Source of the DNA: Botryllus schlosseri
Taxonomy: Eukaryota
Length of the DNA: 64,000 nucleotides
Assembly (NCBI GenBank): GCA_051294905.1
Contig: CM119373.1
Coordinates: 3,102,001 to 3,166,000 of the forward strand
Reading direction: 5' to 3'
The translations under genes and the position numbers were made by a program. Positions 1-12,766 of this stretch are shown in pieces. Each line of letters begins with the position of its first letter. Positions within the stretch are counted from its first letter, which is position 1. The notes under the pieces are model-generated. The model was given only the letters and a program-made list of their open reading frames with translations. It was not told where the DNA came from and searched no databases.

Positions 1-1502
1 AGCAAAATTACGAATCGTTGAGTATCGAGCGATAGCCTCTATCATACTTGCGGAAAATAGGGATTTGGTACACGAGTATCAAATTAGAGTAAATAGAGTA
101 CACTTGGGAGGTTATTAGTGATTCTGCTGGAGTTTATATGAAGGGAAGTCCTGATAAAACCTTGATTATTTCAGAAAAGAATAGAGGGCTTCTTTCGATA
201 TTTTGATAGTCTTCGTCGTAATGTCGGATGTCGTGAAATTGTATACATGCCATCTAGTACTACGGAAAATGTCAAGGCTGGTACTCAATGGTTCTGTTAG
301 TAATTATATGGAATGTGTGGGAATCGAATTGGAGCGTAAAGTATGCTCCTATGGCATAGAGCCCTACGAAATGAGCCCACATACCCCGTAAAATTCCACT
401 CCAGGCGCTGCGGCTTAGCTCAAGCGAAAAAGTATTTCGTACTTTAGGTATCAAATCATCTTTCTTGTGATAAATAAGCATAGGGAGAATTAATCAGAAA
501 ATTTTGTAGAGTACCGTAGGCATCGATACATTGAGTGAAATGGGCTTCCTTATCTTAAATTGAAACAGACAGAATAAATCGAAACAATTTGCAGATTGGG
601 TAGGTATCGTATGTTTAGTGTCGTTGGTATTGTTAAACGTTGTCGCCGGTAGCCGTTGGTATACTATTACGAGTGTGAGAAGGATTTGCATGCCCTGTGC
701 AGAGTATCGCAGTAGTGAACATATTTTTCGCGTGATGAAACACGATCGCTGTTTAAATGTTAATGCATGCATTTCGATTACCGAGTTGCTATACAATAGA
801 GATGACTCTACATTAGATCGTGCAGTGCACTTCGATTAAAACCATAACACCACATGTAAATCTATTCGCACAACTCGATGATGTTGGTATAGTGTTACTA
901 AAATTAATTATTACCTATTTACACAACATAAAAATACCAATTCATGTCGTAGTAAGTAAGTTTATTGAACTCGTGCTTGATGAAAACGAATGGCGACAAG
1001 TATGCTGTTGTGTTTGAGTGAAAAATAATTATTTAGAGTAGTGACAGTTTGTGAGCAACGAATGCAAATCGATCATGATATTACAATATACGCTTTCGTA
1101 AACATAACGACTTGGCGCAGGAGAAACACTTTAACATTTTTTCAATAACTGGAATCTTGAAACTTGTTGCTTGTGAGATTTACAGCTGGTGCACAAAGAG
1201 GTTAGCGACCATTTTGTACGATAGTATGTTTTAGGTGTATTGTTGCGTGGATAATGATATGATGACTCAGCACTTTTCGTTAGCAAAGTAAATTGTTTTG
1301 CGCGTTAGATTTGTGGAAAGTAAGTTGAATACATACTATTTTGTGGAAGTAACTAGATTACCGCAATATCACTGGTAGGTCTCTCAAGCAGTCACCGCGG
1401 TTTCAATTTTGTAAGATGTCGCGTTGTCGGTATAATGTTTTCTAAAAGTCAAACTCGGCCGGATATCATGACTGTGTAGGACTTACGATAAACATGTATT
1501 GA

Positions 1503-2650
1503 TATTAAAGTTGACTATGTATAGGTACGCGCTACGGAAAAACAGATTTAGCCAAAAGCCTGTATAGAACTGCGTTGGTTTTGAAAGTGTTACATCATGA
1601 AATGCCTGACGAAATTTGGTATGGTGCATTGTTATTATGTCCTACAACTGGGTATCAACGTTCAAGGTGAGAATTTAAGGTTTAGCATGCTAATTCTGTT
1701 ATTAAAATTGACTATGTATGGGTATATGCTATGTTCACGAAAAACAGATATGTGTAAAAGTCGGTATTCGACTGCGATAGTTTCAAAGGTGTTCCATCAT
1801 TAGATGTGTGATGAAATTTAGCATGGTTCATTGCCATAATGTCCTACAACTACGTATCAAGTTTAGAGTTGGGATTCAATGTTAAGCATGGTAATTCCGT
1901 TATTAAAGTTAGCTATGTATGAGTACGTGCTATACGCCCCCCGCAAAACAGATATACGCAAAAAGTCGATGTAGAGCCGCGTTCGTTTTAAAGTTGTTCC
2001 ATCATGAAATGTGTGATTGGATTTGGTATGGTGCATTGTTATAGTGTCCTATAATCGCGTACCAACTTTCAGGGTGGGAATTCAATGTTTAACACGGTAA
2101 TTCTGCTATTAAAATTGACTATGCATAGGTATATGCTATGTTCACGCAAAACAGATATGCTTAAAAGTCGGTATTCGACTGCGTTAGTTTTAAAGGTGAT
2201 CCATCATTAGATGTGCGATGAAATTTAGCATGGTGCATTGCCACAATGTCCTACAACTACGAATCAAGTTTAGAGTTGGGATTCAATGTTAAGCATGGTA
2301 ATTCCGTTATTAAAGTTGACTATGTATAGGTACGTGCTATACGCTCCGCAAAACAGATGTACGCAAAAAAGTCGATGTAGAGCCGCGTTAGTTTTAAAGT
2401 TGTTCCATTATGAAATGCGTGAAGAAATTTGGTATGCTGCATAATCACAATGTCCTACAACTACGTACCAAGTTTCAAGGTGAGGAGTCACATATTAGCA
2501 TGGTAATTCTGTTATTAAATCTGACTATGGATATGTACATGCTACCGAAAACAGATTTAGGCAAAAGTTGCTATAGAACTGCGTTAGTTTTAAAGTTGTT
2601 CCATCATGAAATGTGTGATGAAATTTGGTATGCTGCATAATCACAATGAC
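1503..2650. repeat. Tandem satellite, ~202-bp monomer, ~5.7 copies, with dimeric higher-order structure
   Basis: Motif tattaaa(g/a)ttgactatgtat recurs at ~1503, 1700, 1901, 2107, 2308, 2513; units 2+3 closely resemble units 4+5. Confidence 0.9.
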
Positions 2651-3030
2651 CTGGAGCTCATTTAGATACGTTTTTAATGTAGTTACACACTCTAGTTATT
2701 TTGATGTAAAGAAAAAAATCATTCGATAACTCGATACAACTAGTTAACACGCGTTGATGTAACTTTCCTCATTTGTATGCATAGCCTACGCGAAATTGGT
2801 AACCGAATTTTTCGATTAGTTTATATTCCGTATTTTATTTAAAACTGAAACTGTTAAGTACTACTTAAAGTGTTATAAAGTGTGAAAAAGTGTACAAGTA
2901 GAATTATTATTATGTCATGAATAAGTAGTTTACAAATTCATACGATTTTTCTTGTTGCGTTCCGGGATAAAATGTAATTTTTTGCTCTTTTTATTTTTTA
3001 TTTTTTCAATAATATTAGTATTCATTTTAC

Positions 3031-3036
3031 AAAAAA
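3031..3036 (-). terminator. Putative Pol III terminator (T6) downstream of the tRNA-Leu
   Basis: A6 on plus strand about 10 nt 3' of the tRNA end. Confidence 0.4.
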
Positions 3037-3046
3037 CGTCGTGTAA

Positions 3047-3129
3047 AGCTGGGTGTGGGGTTCGAACCCACGTGAACACCTGTTCATTGAAACTTAAGTC
3101 CAATGCCTTAACCGCTCGCTCAACCCAGT
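3047..3129 (-). tRNA. tRNA-Leu(UAA)-like gene, possibly pseudogenised
   Basis: Minus strand ACTGGGTTGAGCGAGCGGTTAAGGCATTGGACTTAAGTTTCAATGAACAGGTGTTCACGTGGGTTCGAACCCCACACCCAGC. Anticodon loop CTTAAGT, paired long variable arm, perfect T arm; D stem and first acceptor pair mismatched. Confidence 0.75.
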
Positions 3130-3250
3130 TCCATTGTAACGATATCTGAGAAACCTTTTAAATTAGGGTAGAAGTAACTATTTGCAAGTAAGTTTCATGA
3201 AGTCTCGATACCATATACTTGACTCCGAAAATATTAATCCCCATAAAACG

Positions 3251-3270
3251 TACTGGGTGTGGGGTTCGAA
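3251..3270 (-). pseudogene. 3' fragment of the same tRNA-Leu
   Basis: tactgggtgtggggttcgaa repeats the T arm and acceptor 3' strand of the tRNA at 3047-3129. Confidence 0.65.
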
Positions 3271-4034
3271 GCCTAGACAAATAAGAGGATCGTGATTGAA
3301 AATAGATGGAGAATCACTGGATTGAACTTTACTGAATACTCCGCAATGTAAAATTAGTATACACCATACAAAATCCGGGTTGTTTAAGTCTTTAGTGTAG
3401 CGGAATAGTGTAGTTTTCTAACTACTTTACAAATTCATACGGTTTTTCTTGGTGCGTTCCAGGATAAATGCAATTTTTTCACGCTTTTTTATTTTTATTT
3501 TTTCATTAAAATTGGAGCTACTGTATATTATTTATCGCCTATATTTAAATTCGGTGTGCTAATGCGTTGAGGTTGAAGCTAAAACATCCTATTTCATGCG
3601 GCCAAGAAGTCTAGCAGCGCGTAGCCGAATTTAGCATACCGAAAAATATCTATTTTACAAAATTTTCATTTCTTTATGTCCATTAGAGTCGCACCATCTA
3701 TTTATTTCACGGATAACAAATTACTCCTGCTTTTATCAGAGGATATACTTTCCTAGGGTTTGCCTACTAACAGTACTTAGTTTAGATTAATGAAAAATAT
3801 AGTGATTGAAAATAGATCACTGGATTATAGTTTACAGAAAACTCCACAATTCTATGTGACGTCCTTGCGTGCCAACAACCGTCGAACTATTCGCCACCTC
3901 ATAAACACTTGAGTAGGCCTACATTTGATGCGTGTGGGGAACACCTAGGTAAATTTTCATATGCGTTTAGTTTCCAGCTCTGAAAGCAAGCTTGGTCTAT
4001 GATCAATAGCAACTATTTCAACAAATATTACTTA

Positions 4035-4703
4035 CCTATTGACAGATAGCTAAGGCACCATGTCGACCCAAAATTATACCTTTTGCCGTCCATACTTTTA
4101 TAACCCTTGAAGGGGTAAAATTTGCATTACACTAACTTGCAATTGTGAGTCTGTAATGATGGTATTTACTACTATCCGCGTGCCTCGCACAAATCGAACA
4201 GTTATTACAAAAGTATGATGATTGTTTAGCGAAAGAAAGCATAAAGTCAATTTGACGTCATTTTTTCAGCCTGTCGCAGGCTCAGACTGGCTGATATACT
4301 GTATATGTCTGCCACTACACAAGCTTCCAAGCCAGGCCTTTGGTTACGTAATAATTAGAGTGCGAAAATATCAATTCACGACGGCTTGGGAGAGCTACGA
4401 TTAGTATGGTGGGTCGTAAGTTAAACAAGTTTTTACAATTGCGTCGCAACAACAAAAGTTACACTGCCCTTGAATTTCTAATTAGGTTTATTTGAAGTAT
4501 TCCAGGTCATAAAAATTAACAATTATTATTCACGATTTTCATTCTCACTCATCCGGGATTTTCATTCGCACCATTCGCACCACCTTCGTCATTCGCACTC
4601 ATCCGGGATTTTCATTCGTACCGTTCGCACCATCTTCGTCATTCGCACTGCATTTATTTTCATTCGCACGAGTGCGAACCGTCACACAGCTTGAAAAGCA
4701 CTG
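4035..4703 (-). mobile_element. Partial inverted copy of the hAT-type element at 28181-29985
   Basis: Ends ttgaaaagcactg; carries the same cattcgcac subterminal repeats; reverse complement matches ~28181-28890. Confidence 0.8.
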
Positions 4704-4904
4704 GTCTATTCGAATAATTCGATGTATAATTGAACTTTCCTCTACATGATCATTAGGGCTTCTATTTTTTGTTGCAGGGCAACTTTGTCGTAGCCGAATG
4801 CGGTATTATCTAGCAACAAGGTTTAAATGACTCGCCTCCGGCGTTTATTGACCGTATCACCCGTATTCTCGTCATGCAAAAATTATGCATGTATTAGTAT
4901 GAAG

Positions 4905-5110
4905 CTCAGATGCAGCAAAGTGTGTGAGACTACCTATAAAAATGATGCGAAGCAGCGACTCTAATTTCCCGGCTTATAGCAAACAACGACGCTGAAATTT
5001 TACTTCAGACGCAGCAAAGTGTGTGAGACCGCCTGTAAAAATTGCGCGAAGGTACATTTCTCGGCTTATAACAAATAACGACGCTGAAATTCTACTTCAG
5101 ATGCAGTAAA
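4905..5110. repeat. Local tandem duplication, ~80-95-bp units
   Basis: cttcaga(t/c)gcagcaaagt...cggcttata..aaa.aacgacgctgaaatt repeated. Confidence 0.7.
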
Positions 5111-5393
5111 GTTAATGCGTTTGGCTATGTAGTTGATAAATTACTTAGCGACATCTCGACTCATGGGGAATCAACATTTAGTGTGTTACGCGAGAATTCA
5201 TATTCTCAAAAACTGGTACGGAAAAATGTGGAGACAATAAGAAAATAGTTTACTTAAGAAAATCTCGACTCACGCGGATTAGTAATTTTTAAAAATTAAA
5301 ATATAGTGTATTATTGGAACTACGTCAATTTTTCGTAAAGATTAATACCTAAAAATAATTCACTTAACGGCATCTGGACTCGTGTTGTTATTT

Positions 5394-5660
5394 ATTTCTC
5401 GGAAGCAAGTTATTATCAATACATATTGCTAAATACACATGAAGAATCGGTATTGAAATTCACAAAACAATTTAGTATATCACGTTTACGCAATAGTTAG
5501 TTCAAATCCAACAAAGATCACTTCGACGTGCCATTTCTCGGAGGCAAGTTATTATCAATACATAGTGCTGAATACACATGGAGAATCGGTATTGAAATTC
5601 ACAAAACAGCTATTTCTCGGAAGCAAGTTATTATCAATACTTAATAGTGCTAAATACGCA
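5394..5660. repeat. Local tandem repeat (3 copies)
   Basis: atttctcgga(a/g)gcaagttattatcaatac at ~5394, ~5533 and ~5612. Confidence 0.75.
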
Positions 5661-6734
5661 ACGCGATAATCGAATGGTGGTGCACGATGAACGTAAATAG
5701 CCTCAGGCCGGGGATTGGCCTGCAACAAAAACGGATAACAACACTACTATTTTGGAATCTCCCAAACATACCAGAAACAAATTGCTTTCGTGAGGAGCGC
5801 ACGATTCGAAATTGTTATTTCTATATGGGGTGCATCATTTACTTCCGGTGTTCGCTCAGATTGCAAAGGGTGCTACGACTATATCAAAATCGAAAATGAT
5901 GTCGCATTGAATCGCGCCTATCGTGAAGAAAAATTCAAGATTAAATAAAATATCTTAAAAATTTGCGAGTCAAATCGTAAATTCAATTTTCATGTCGACG
6001 ACCGCCAACACATACTGATCTAATTACGCGTCCACTTCCGCGCAAATCTCCTACTACGGCCGCAGGTTGGCCACCACTTTACTAGAGAGTGAAATTTCGA
6101 GGGTTTTGTTCGTAATTAAATATTTTTATGATGGTATTCATTTGGTTTCACGGTAGAGTCTGCTGAGTGCTGAGTGCTGGGTCGAGGTAAATGGTCTTGC
6201 CCATATAATTACGGGCCAAAGGCCGTGGATTAATCAACCGCACAAACTGTAATAATATTATTCTCTTCGACATTGTCCAGAGATGAAGCGTTTTGGAGTA
6301 GGACTAAGCACCTTATCGAGCTACCTTGCTCATTTCCCACTACTATCAGTCGAAGCCTACTACGAGTACAATCCACCGCAGGATACCTGGACTGGACATC
6401 CACAAAATTAATGAATTGAGAACGAATGATCGTACGGATTGCGCGGTGTAGCGAGTCATCTCGTACTTAGCGAGTCGCTCGCATGTTGTCACCGGAGACA
6501 GATGGAACTTTAAGTCAAACCGAACATGGTTCCGGACGTAATCTTACATAACGAAGTTCTGCATCAGTCAAAAATTTGACGTTTAATTTATTTTACCAAT
6601 GGACATGCCTTCAACATCTTGCATCTTGAAATTAAGTTATAAAATCTCAATATACCTCGCGGACCGGCAGAAAAGTCGTCGCGGACCGGCACCGGTCCGC
6701 GGACCGGCGGTTGAGAACCACTGATGTAGACTCC

Positions 6735-7200
6735 ATTGCCAGACTGAAGCAACACGGTTTGTTACCAGCAGTGTAAGCACAACTTCAGTGTTGTCAGCCA
6801 AAAACTACTGCTGTTGAACATTCTTACTCCATTCTTGGCAAGCTATTTAGTAAGGGGACAGGCTCTTTCTAACCGCGAATGTATAAAAGTATCTTTCAGT
6901 ACCGTACTACAAATTATTTTTGATTATTTCTAACATGATGCGCAATGTAGGAATGTAACTATTGGAATTCTTCATAGGACCAATTTTCAATAAAATGAAG
7001 TTTTTTCATGTAAACATTTGTCAGTTTTTGAGGCAAAAAAGTTATGTTTCAGGCCAAACTACTTCGTAAGGACAGACAACTCCGACCAGAAAGTAAGACG
7101 AGTATTACAATTTTAATATTATGTGGGTAAACACCTATTTTGCATACACTAGCTCAAATCAGGTCAAAATCTTCCGTTTTTAAGGTAAAAGAAATCGCCC
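6735..7200 (+). repeat. Dispersed repeat, second copy at ~15790-16270 (inside a hAT-like element starting at 15526)
   Basis: Shared gaagcaaca..ggt, acttcagtgttgtcagcca, ggaattcttcatagg and ctacttcgtaagga blocks. Confidence 0.75.
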
Positions 7201-7299
7201 TAATCATAACATTTATTTAGTGGTGGTCAGGAACGAAGTATTTCTACATTTTCAAAGTAGCTACATAAGTAAACGTTTTGCCTATCTGCACTATTTATT

Positions 7300-7465
7300 C
7301 GTCCTCGCCACCTCATCCGTGTCAGCGGTGTCTTACAAAAGCCTAGAGGTGGGCCGTGCTATAAGTCGGAAGTTACGGAAAATAAGAAGAATATCGGCCT
7401 GGTGTAAATGACCATAGTTGTCGACAAACACCATTAATACCCCAAAAACAAACAAACAAACAAAC
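7300..7465 (+). mobile_element. SINE 3' portion with (aaac)n tail
   Basis: Shares aaaagcctaga.gtgg.ccgtgcta.aagtcgg...ggcctggtgtaaatgaccatag with 10992-11276, 21632-21790 and 57617-58968. Confidence 0.75.
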
Positions 7466-7761
7466 TATTTATTCAGGTGGCTATGGGGAGCAACCGTTTT
7501 GCTATTCACGGTCGTATTTCGATTACTTCAATAGCCTACGACCGCATCTCAAGTCATGTCCGCCAAATAGGCCTACCCATGTTTATGGCCGCCAGCACAT
7601 AGTAATAATTGAGTAACTGGCCGACGGCCGCATAAATTTCTCACTACGGCCGCAGGTTGGCCACCCCTGATTCGAAGGTATCATCTTGACTGAGGGAAAA
7701 ATGTGACCCCGAGCGAACCTCAACGATTCTAAAAAGGTTTCCAAAATAGCTTGCGACATAC

Positions 7762-7998
7762 CGTGAGAAAATGTGCATGGCCTCACAAAATACATCTTCC
7801 GAATAAGCCTCTCGCACAAAAACACGAAATTTCTGCTGGGCAATATATGATTCTGATGCCCGAATTATTCCACTTCCTCATGTAAGTGATCATAGAAGAT
7901 ATAAGGCTGAATTCTTTTAACTAACACACATCTGTCACCGCAGTAGCTCTTCAACAAATTCCTCAATTCCTCCAACTTTGTGATTCTTTTGTCTTTCA
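7762..7998 (-). pseudogene. Candidate decayed exon resembling the C-terminal half of a C-type lectin domain
   Basis: tacag acceptor and gtatgt donor, 237 bp, phase 1-1. Reads VKDKRITKLEELRNLLKSYCGDRCVLVKRIQPYIFYDHLHEEVE*FGHQNHILPSRNFVFLCERLIRKMYFVRPCTFSH with one in-frame TAA; CV...FVFLCE resembles a CTLD end. Confidence 0.35.
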
Positions 7999-8419
7999 CT
8001 GTACGAACAGGATTCTTGGTACCAGCCACAGGTCACATTTAAAAAAAATTATAGAATCGTCGGATATACTACTTGCTTGATATGATACAAAAGGCATGTT
8101 GGCGTACATATAGCTTGATAACGATAACATTAACAAGAGGGCTATGACAGGTCACTCCAGTTGCACTCCAGTCGATAACACTGTCTGAAAAACCTTACCA
8201 ACAGCAAAATTTGAGATCTTAGTATATATATTGATATCTCATCATCAAGAATTGCGCCCAGAAAACATACCGCGCTAACCAATTGACTTCCTACATCTGA
8301 TTAGAACGCAACTTTTCCCTATGCTCAAGCGGCAGAAAATGCATCTTGGCGACGGCCTTCCCAAACTGCCGAAGCGGAACGATCGCTAGTGTCTACACCA
8401 CCTTAGAACAATATGATTT

Positions 8420-8897
8420 GATTTTATGATACAATAAGTATATGAAGTCAAGATTGACCCCGTATTCCTGCTAGATTTTTTACATCAGACAACGATATCA
8501 AATTCATTGATTTGTTGAATAAGCATCATTCGTTGAAACTCTTGATGTTGTGTGATTGCAGTTCAAGCTCACAGCAGAGAGTCAATAAATATTCACAAAC
8601 GGGAAGCTGGATATTTCGAGCAAACTATTGTAACAAAGCAAGTAAATTTATTTAGATTGTATATGTGCATTCTCGTTTAGTGGTAATTTTTTATGCTACC
8701 ATCTCCATTTATAGAGTGGCCTGCTGTTCAAATGCAATAAATTCCGAGCAAAGATGTTAAGACATGAAAATTGTAATATATGAAAAAAGTTAAAAGTGCA
8801 GAGCCTATACCAAGGTTCGTTTGTGAACGTGAGCCTCTAAATATATGAGGTTCACACACAGAACGCAAACGTGTACCTCACGTTCGCACCATCCCAA
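8420..8897 (-). mobile_element. Truncated inverted copy of the hAT MITE at 61743-62752
   Basis: Ends cgttcgcaccatccc; reverse complement matches ~61743-62230. Confidence 0.75.
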
Positions 8898-8954
8898 GTA
8901 TTTAGTACTATCCTCGTGCCTCGCGCTAATCGAACAGTTATTACGAAAATATGA

Positions 8955-9500
8955 CGAAAGACATGGAATACATTTTCCGCTTTTAGAAATAGTATTTATA
9001 TTTGTCTTTCAATTCCCAGTATCATACTGTGAGTTCTAATTGGTTTCAGTTCATTTGTCTGGAGAACATACATGTTGAAGTAAAAATGCAAGTTTAGAAA
9101 TGCCTCAAATTTCCAGAAATAAACTACACAATATGGCAATTTCACGATCCACCTTATTTTTTATTAATCGCGCAAAGTCTTTACACCGTATAAGATACAG
9201 CTTCTCCGTATTGCTATTCGACTAAACTACGGGCCTTATAATATGGGGGAGGGCGCCATACCATGATATTTTCTAAAACTAGATATTTGAGTAAGCAGAG
9301 GATTAGAATCGCATTTTCATATCAATATTATCATTTTCATCCCTTGATGCGGACGAATGCTTATGTCGTCGAAAATTGGATAGGCCTACCTCCTGGTATG
9401 CATCAAAATGAATCATGCTCTGCACGTTTTGCGTAGCTTAATTTTCAGATTTTGAAAATCCATGCGAACGAATCACGATCGTTTTCACAACTCAGGCATA
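8955..9500 (-). mobile_element. Internal fragment of the 'AGTAGA' hAT family (full copy at 23020-24381)
   Basis: Shares cgactaaactacgggccttataatatggggg and flanking blocks with the copies at 47440-48112 and 54140-54844. Confidence 0.8.
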
Positions 9501-9668
9501 TCTAGAACTACGTGGTGCGTCACTCTATCAAATTCACTCGCGGCGCCACCCAAGAGAAGGCTCACTTAGTTAGTCTCGCTCAGCTCTTGTGTTGGTTGGT
9601 CGCTGTTTAGTAGATGCTGCTGCGTTTATTCTACGAGCTATTTTTCCTAGATTTAAATTAGTATAAAG

Positions 9669-10792
9669 CAGAGGTATCAAACACGCGGCCCGCCAGAGCA
9701 TTTTGTGCGGCCCGCGACGACATTTTAGATTTTTATTAATTTTACAATATATAAGTGTCACATATATATTTTCAGGTCATAAAGTGAAAATTCCCTCTTA
9801 AATTGCTCCGATAGCCTCAAACTATTCATCAAACCTCACTATCACATCAATTACAAACGCTACCATGCAGTGGAAGATTCACTATTTATCCACATTTCCA
9901 ATTCATGATGACAAAACCTGACCCTTAGACGCTTCGTGACTGGAATTTGAAAGTTGGACTTGGACGCGACCTTTCTTAGAATTACTCAGACTCGGGCTAA
10001 CTCGATGGCAAAATGAAAATGACTCGGGTGGACTCGGAGTGACTCGCAATGCCGTGAACGCAACAAACTAATCGCGTAGCTTGGTATTTCGCTAACTAAG
10101 CAAGTAGTTATTGCAATCATTGGCAATCTGTTAGTTACATCTTTGGTCGCTAAATCATATTATTAAGGCCACTTAAAAGTACCAAGTACCGTAGTGGTAC
10201 GCTTCAAATATGTAACAACAATGGGCCGTTCGGCGTTTCGACATTTCACTCACTAGGACACATTCATTAATATATTTATAATATATTTATACTTGTTTCT
10301 GCTCCTATATATGAAGATATTTGGCCATGAGATTAATAGCCTACTTATCAGAAGTATACCCGAATCCTAACCTAAAAATGTTTTGATTTCAGATCAGTCG
10401 CTATTATCAATCTGTTAAATCCAAAATATTCACAGTAGCTGCAAAATTAAAACCCGATAGCTTTTATGGTGGCATCATACATTTGTCCGCCCATATGATG
10501 CCTATATCTTATAATTAATATATATCAAGTGGAACAACAATTCTATTCAAATAGTTATAAATGTGATGATTCTTTTCGTGCAAGGCCTAAATTGATACAA
10601 GAGTGAATCATATTTTGACGATATATGTTTACTGTCAGTCTGCTTGATCGTATCACTTTCAATAGGACAATTCATTCCCGCCAAATATGGCCTACTTGAA
10701 AAGACATAGAATGCCCCTATAAATGCTGGGGCCCGCGGCGTCGTCAAAACTGGGAAACTGGCCCGCGAGCACATTTCAGTTTGAGACCCCTG
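9669..10792. mobile_element. hAT (Charlie-like) non-autonomous element
   Basis: Ends cagaggtatcaaac / gtttgagacccctg; identical 8-bp flanks gtataaag (9661-9668, 10793-10800). Confidence 0.65.
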
Positions 10793-10991
10793 GTATAAAG
10801 TATGTAGACTAATATGTGGTAATTGAAAAGAGATGATACGCTCAGACCAATCCTTCTGCTCCCCGACTTGGACTCGGACTTCCTCGGTGGTGACCTGAAA
10901 AGGACTTGACTTGACTGGATTCAAATATATTAAAGTAATTTTGACTTGCGATCGGAACCTTTGACTTGGTTACAACCCTAATTGCCAGTAT

Positions 10992-11276
10992 TGCGAGATA
11001 GCGTAGTGGTATAATCCACTGTTGCAATACCAATGGGTTGCGGATTTCAGTCCGACAGAGGTCGACTCCAGAAGTCCTACTCAAGTGTTGGATGTTTATC
11101 TAGGCTCCTCGCCGCCATCTCATCTCATCCTGGTAAGCAGTATCTTATAAAAGCCTAGAAGTGGACCGTGCTACAAGTCGGCAGCTACGGAATAAAAATG
11201 AAGAAACAATTGGCCTGGTGTAAATGACCATAGTAGTCGACGAACACCATGAATATCACAAAACAACAACAACAAC
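10992..11276 (+). mobile_element. Near full-length tRNA-derived SINE with (aac)n tail
   Basis: A-box-like tagcgtagtggt head, degenerate B box, shared body, caacaacaacaac tail. Confidence 0.75.
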
Positions 11277-12673
11277 CTTGGTCGCCACTGCTGAAACTGA
11301 CTACCTATTCATTTATTTATCTTCTTATTTTTAGTCAAAAGATGTTTGCGCTGTAAAACGACTTTTGTTAGTCACCGGGCTGCTTTTCTTAACGGGGATC
11401 CTGGCCCAGATATTGACCGAAGCGGGGGGCGAGACGAAAAAAATTGGGAACCACTGCACAAACCCGACACTCGTTATTTTGACACTGGCTACGCTGAATA
11501 TCTCGCTCTTTCAAAAGCCTCAATAAAAATACACTCGCTGTTTCGAAGTCACTGTTTTGACGCCGGATGCGCGATACCCTGAATATATTGGTTAATTAAT
11601 ATCAGCTCATAAGCCGTATCTGATTCATAAAGCTTGAACTACATTCCCCTTCCTACTATTTTCCTTGATGATCCAGTTTCAGTGTTAACTTCTCCTATAA
11701 ACTTCTGGATAATTTTTGCAGACGTCGAGCTCTCGTAAATCGGCCGTATACTTTATTCGTGTGCAAATAATGACTAATCGTATCAAGGATATGCAATTTA
11801 AACCTGAAATCTACAATAGCAATGAAGCAAAACCTAGATATAGTTCCATTTAAATTTTAAAATATCACAAACAATCAATCCCACAATTACAACTGACATT
11901 GTGTTCGTTTTCAATACGTTAAGTCGTTGTAGAAACAGCATATTTAAAAATTAGGCACTTCTTCATACTTTTTTTTATATATTTCACCCAGTAATTGCTA
12001 AGATTAAGGCAACACAACATACGCATTCACCAGAGTGTTCAATGTGAATTCCAAATATTGCGCTACAGCGATATCATATCGCATGCGTATATTGTATGAA
12101 ACTCCGTATTTAAGTTGCTACCCAATTGGTTAGTTACAATAACTTGCTTGAATAGGCTGTGGTGTGTCATCGGTATCCAGTCTACAAAGTGTGTAATTGA
12201 AGAGAAAGTAATAATCTATAGTCAAATATAGCAATAAATGAAATAGAAGTGTCCTTATGTAGCATGGTGCAAGTCCTACACTTCACACTAGAAAGTATTG
12301 CCAGTTTCTCCGGATTGCACGTTGCAACGTTACATTGAATCAGATTTACTTTGCACCTCGAAACCAGACAATCTTTGTCGCAAATCACGCTCCAGTCAGA
12401 GTTGATTCTCCGCCCCATGTTACGCATTTTGAGCTAAATGTTCGCCACCTAGTCAAGAATGCGATGAAAACGACCGCTCAATAGCATGTACTATATCTTG
12501 AGTCGATGTGTGTACTGTACACAATACAAAATAATTTTGCAGTCCAGAAGACTGGCCGAATTTCTATTCGTGAAATTAACGGTGTCTATCATATTGAGGC
12601 GTACCCATTTCGCTGTTCGGTTTCATAGAGTCTGGCACAACACTCCATTCGCCGTTCGCCAATTCGAATTTAC

Positions 12674-12766
12674 CTCTGTCCAACAACGAACCGTACATAT
12701 TATCTCATCCATTTTAACTTGGCACTTCATGTAAATTGCATTTTCTTCGCCACCATCGTCACTGGT
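12674..12766 (-). CDS. Candidate internal exon (93 bp, phase 0-0), product unknown
   Basis: ttttcag acceptor and gtaaat donor; open frame TSDDGGEENAIYMKCQVKMDEIICTVRCWTE. Confidence 0.25.

Larger units (their letters stand above)
1..3860. mobile_element. Diverged relative of the Polinton-like element (truncated by the window edge)
   Basis: Inverted matches by eye: 1-125 to ~42100-42225, ~387-440 to ~42740-42800, ~1075-1470 to ~41340-41730, ~2690-2740 to ~41520-41565, ~2740-2805 to ~44225-44295. Direct match of ~3700-3780 to the right TIR at ~45355-45437. Confidence 0.55.

Noticed and set aside
203..1017. Short Cys-containing ORFs as possible Polinton accessory genes
   Set aside because: Under about 100 aa with no recognisable motif; cannot be supported without a homology search.
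1503..2650. Possible CRISPR-like array
   Set aside because: Whole monomers are homologous with no unique spacers; eukaryotic context; no cas genes.
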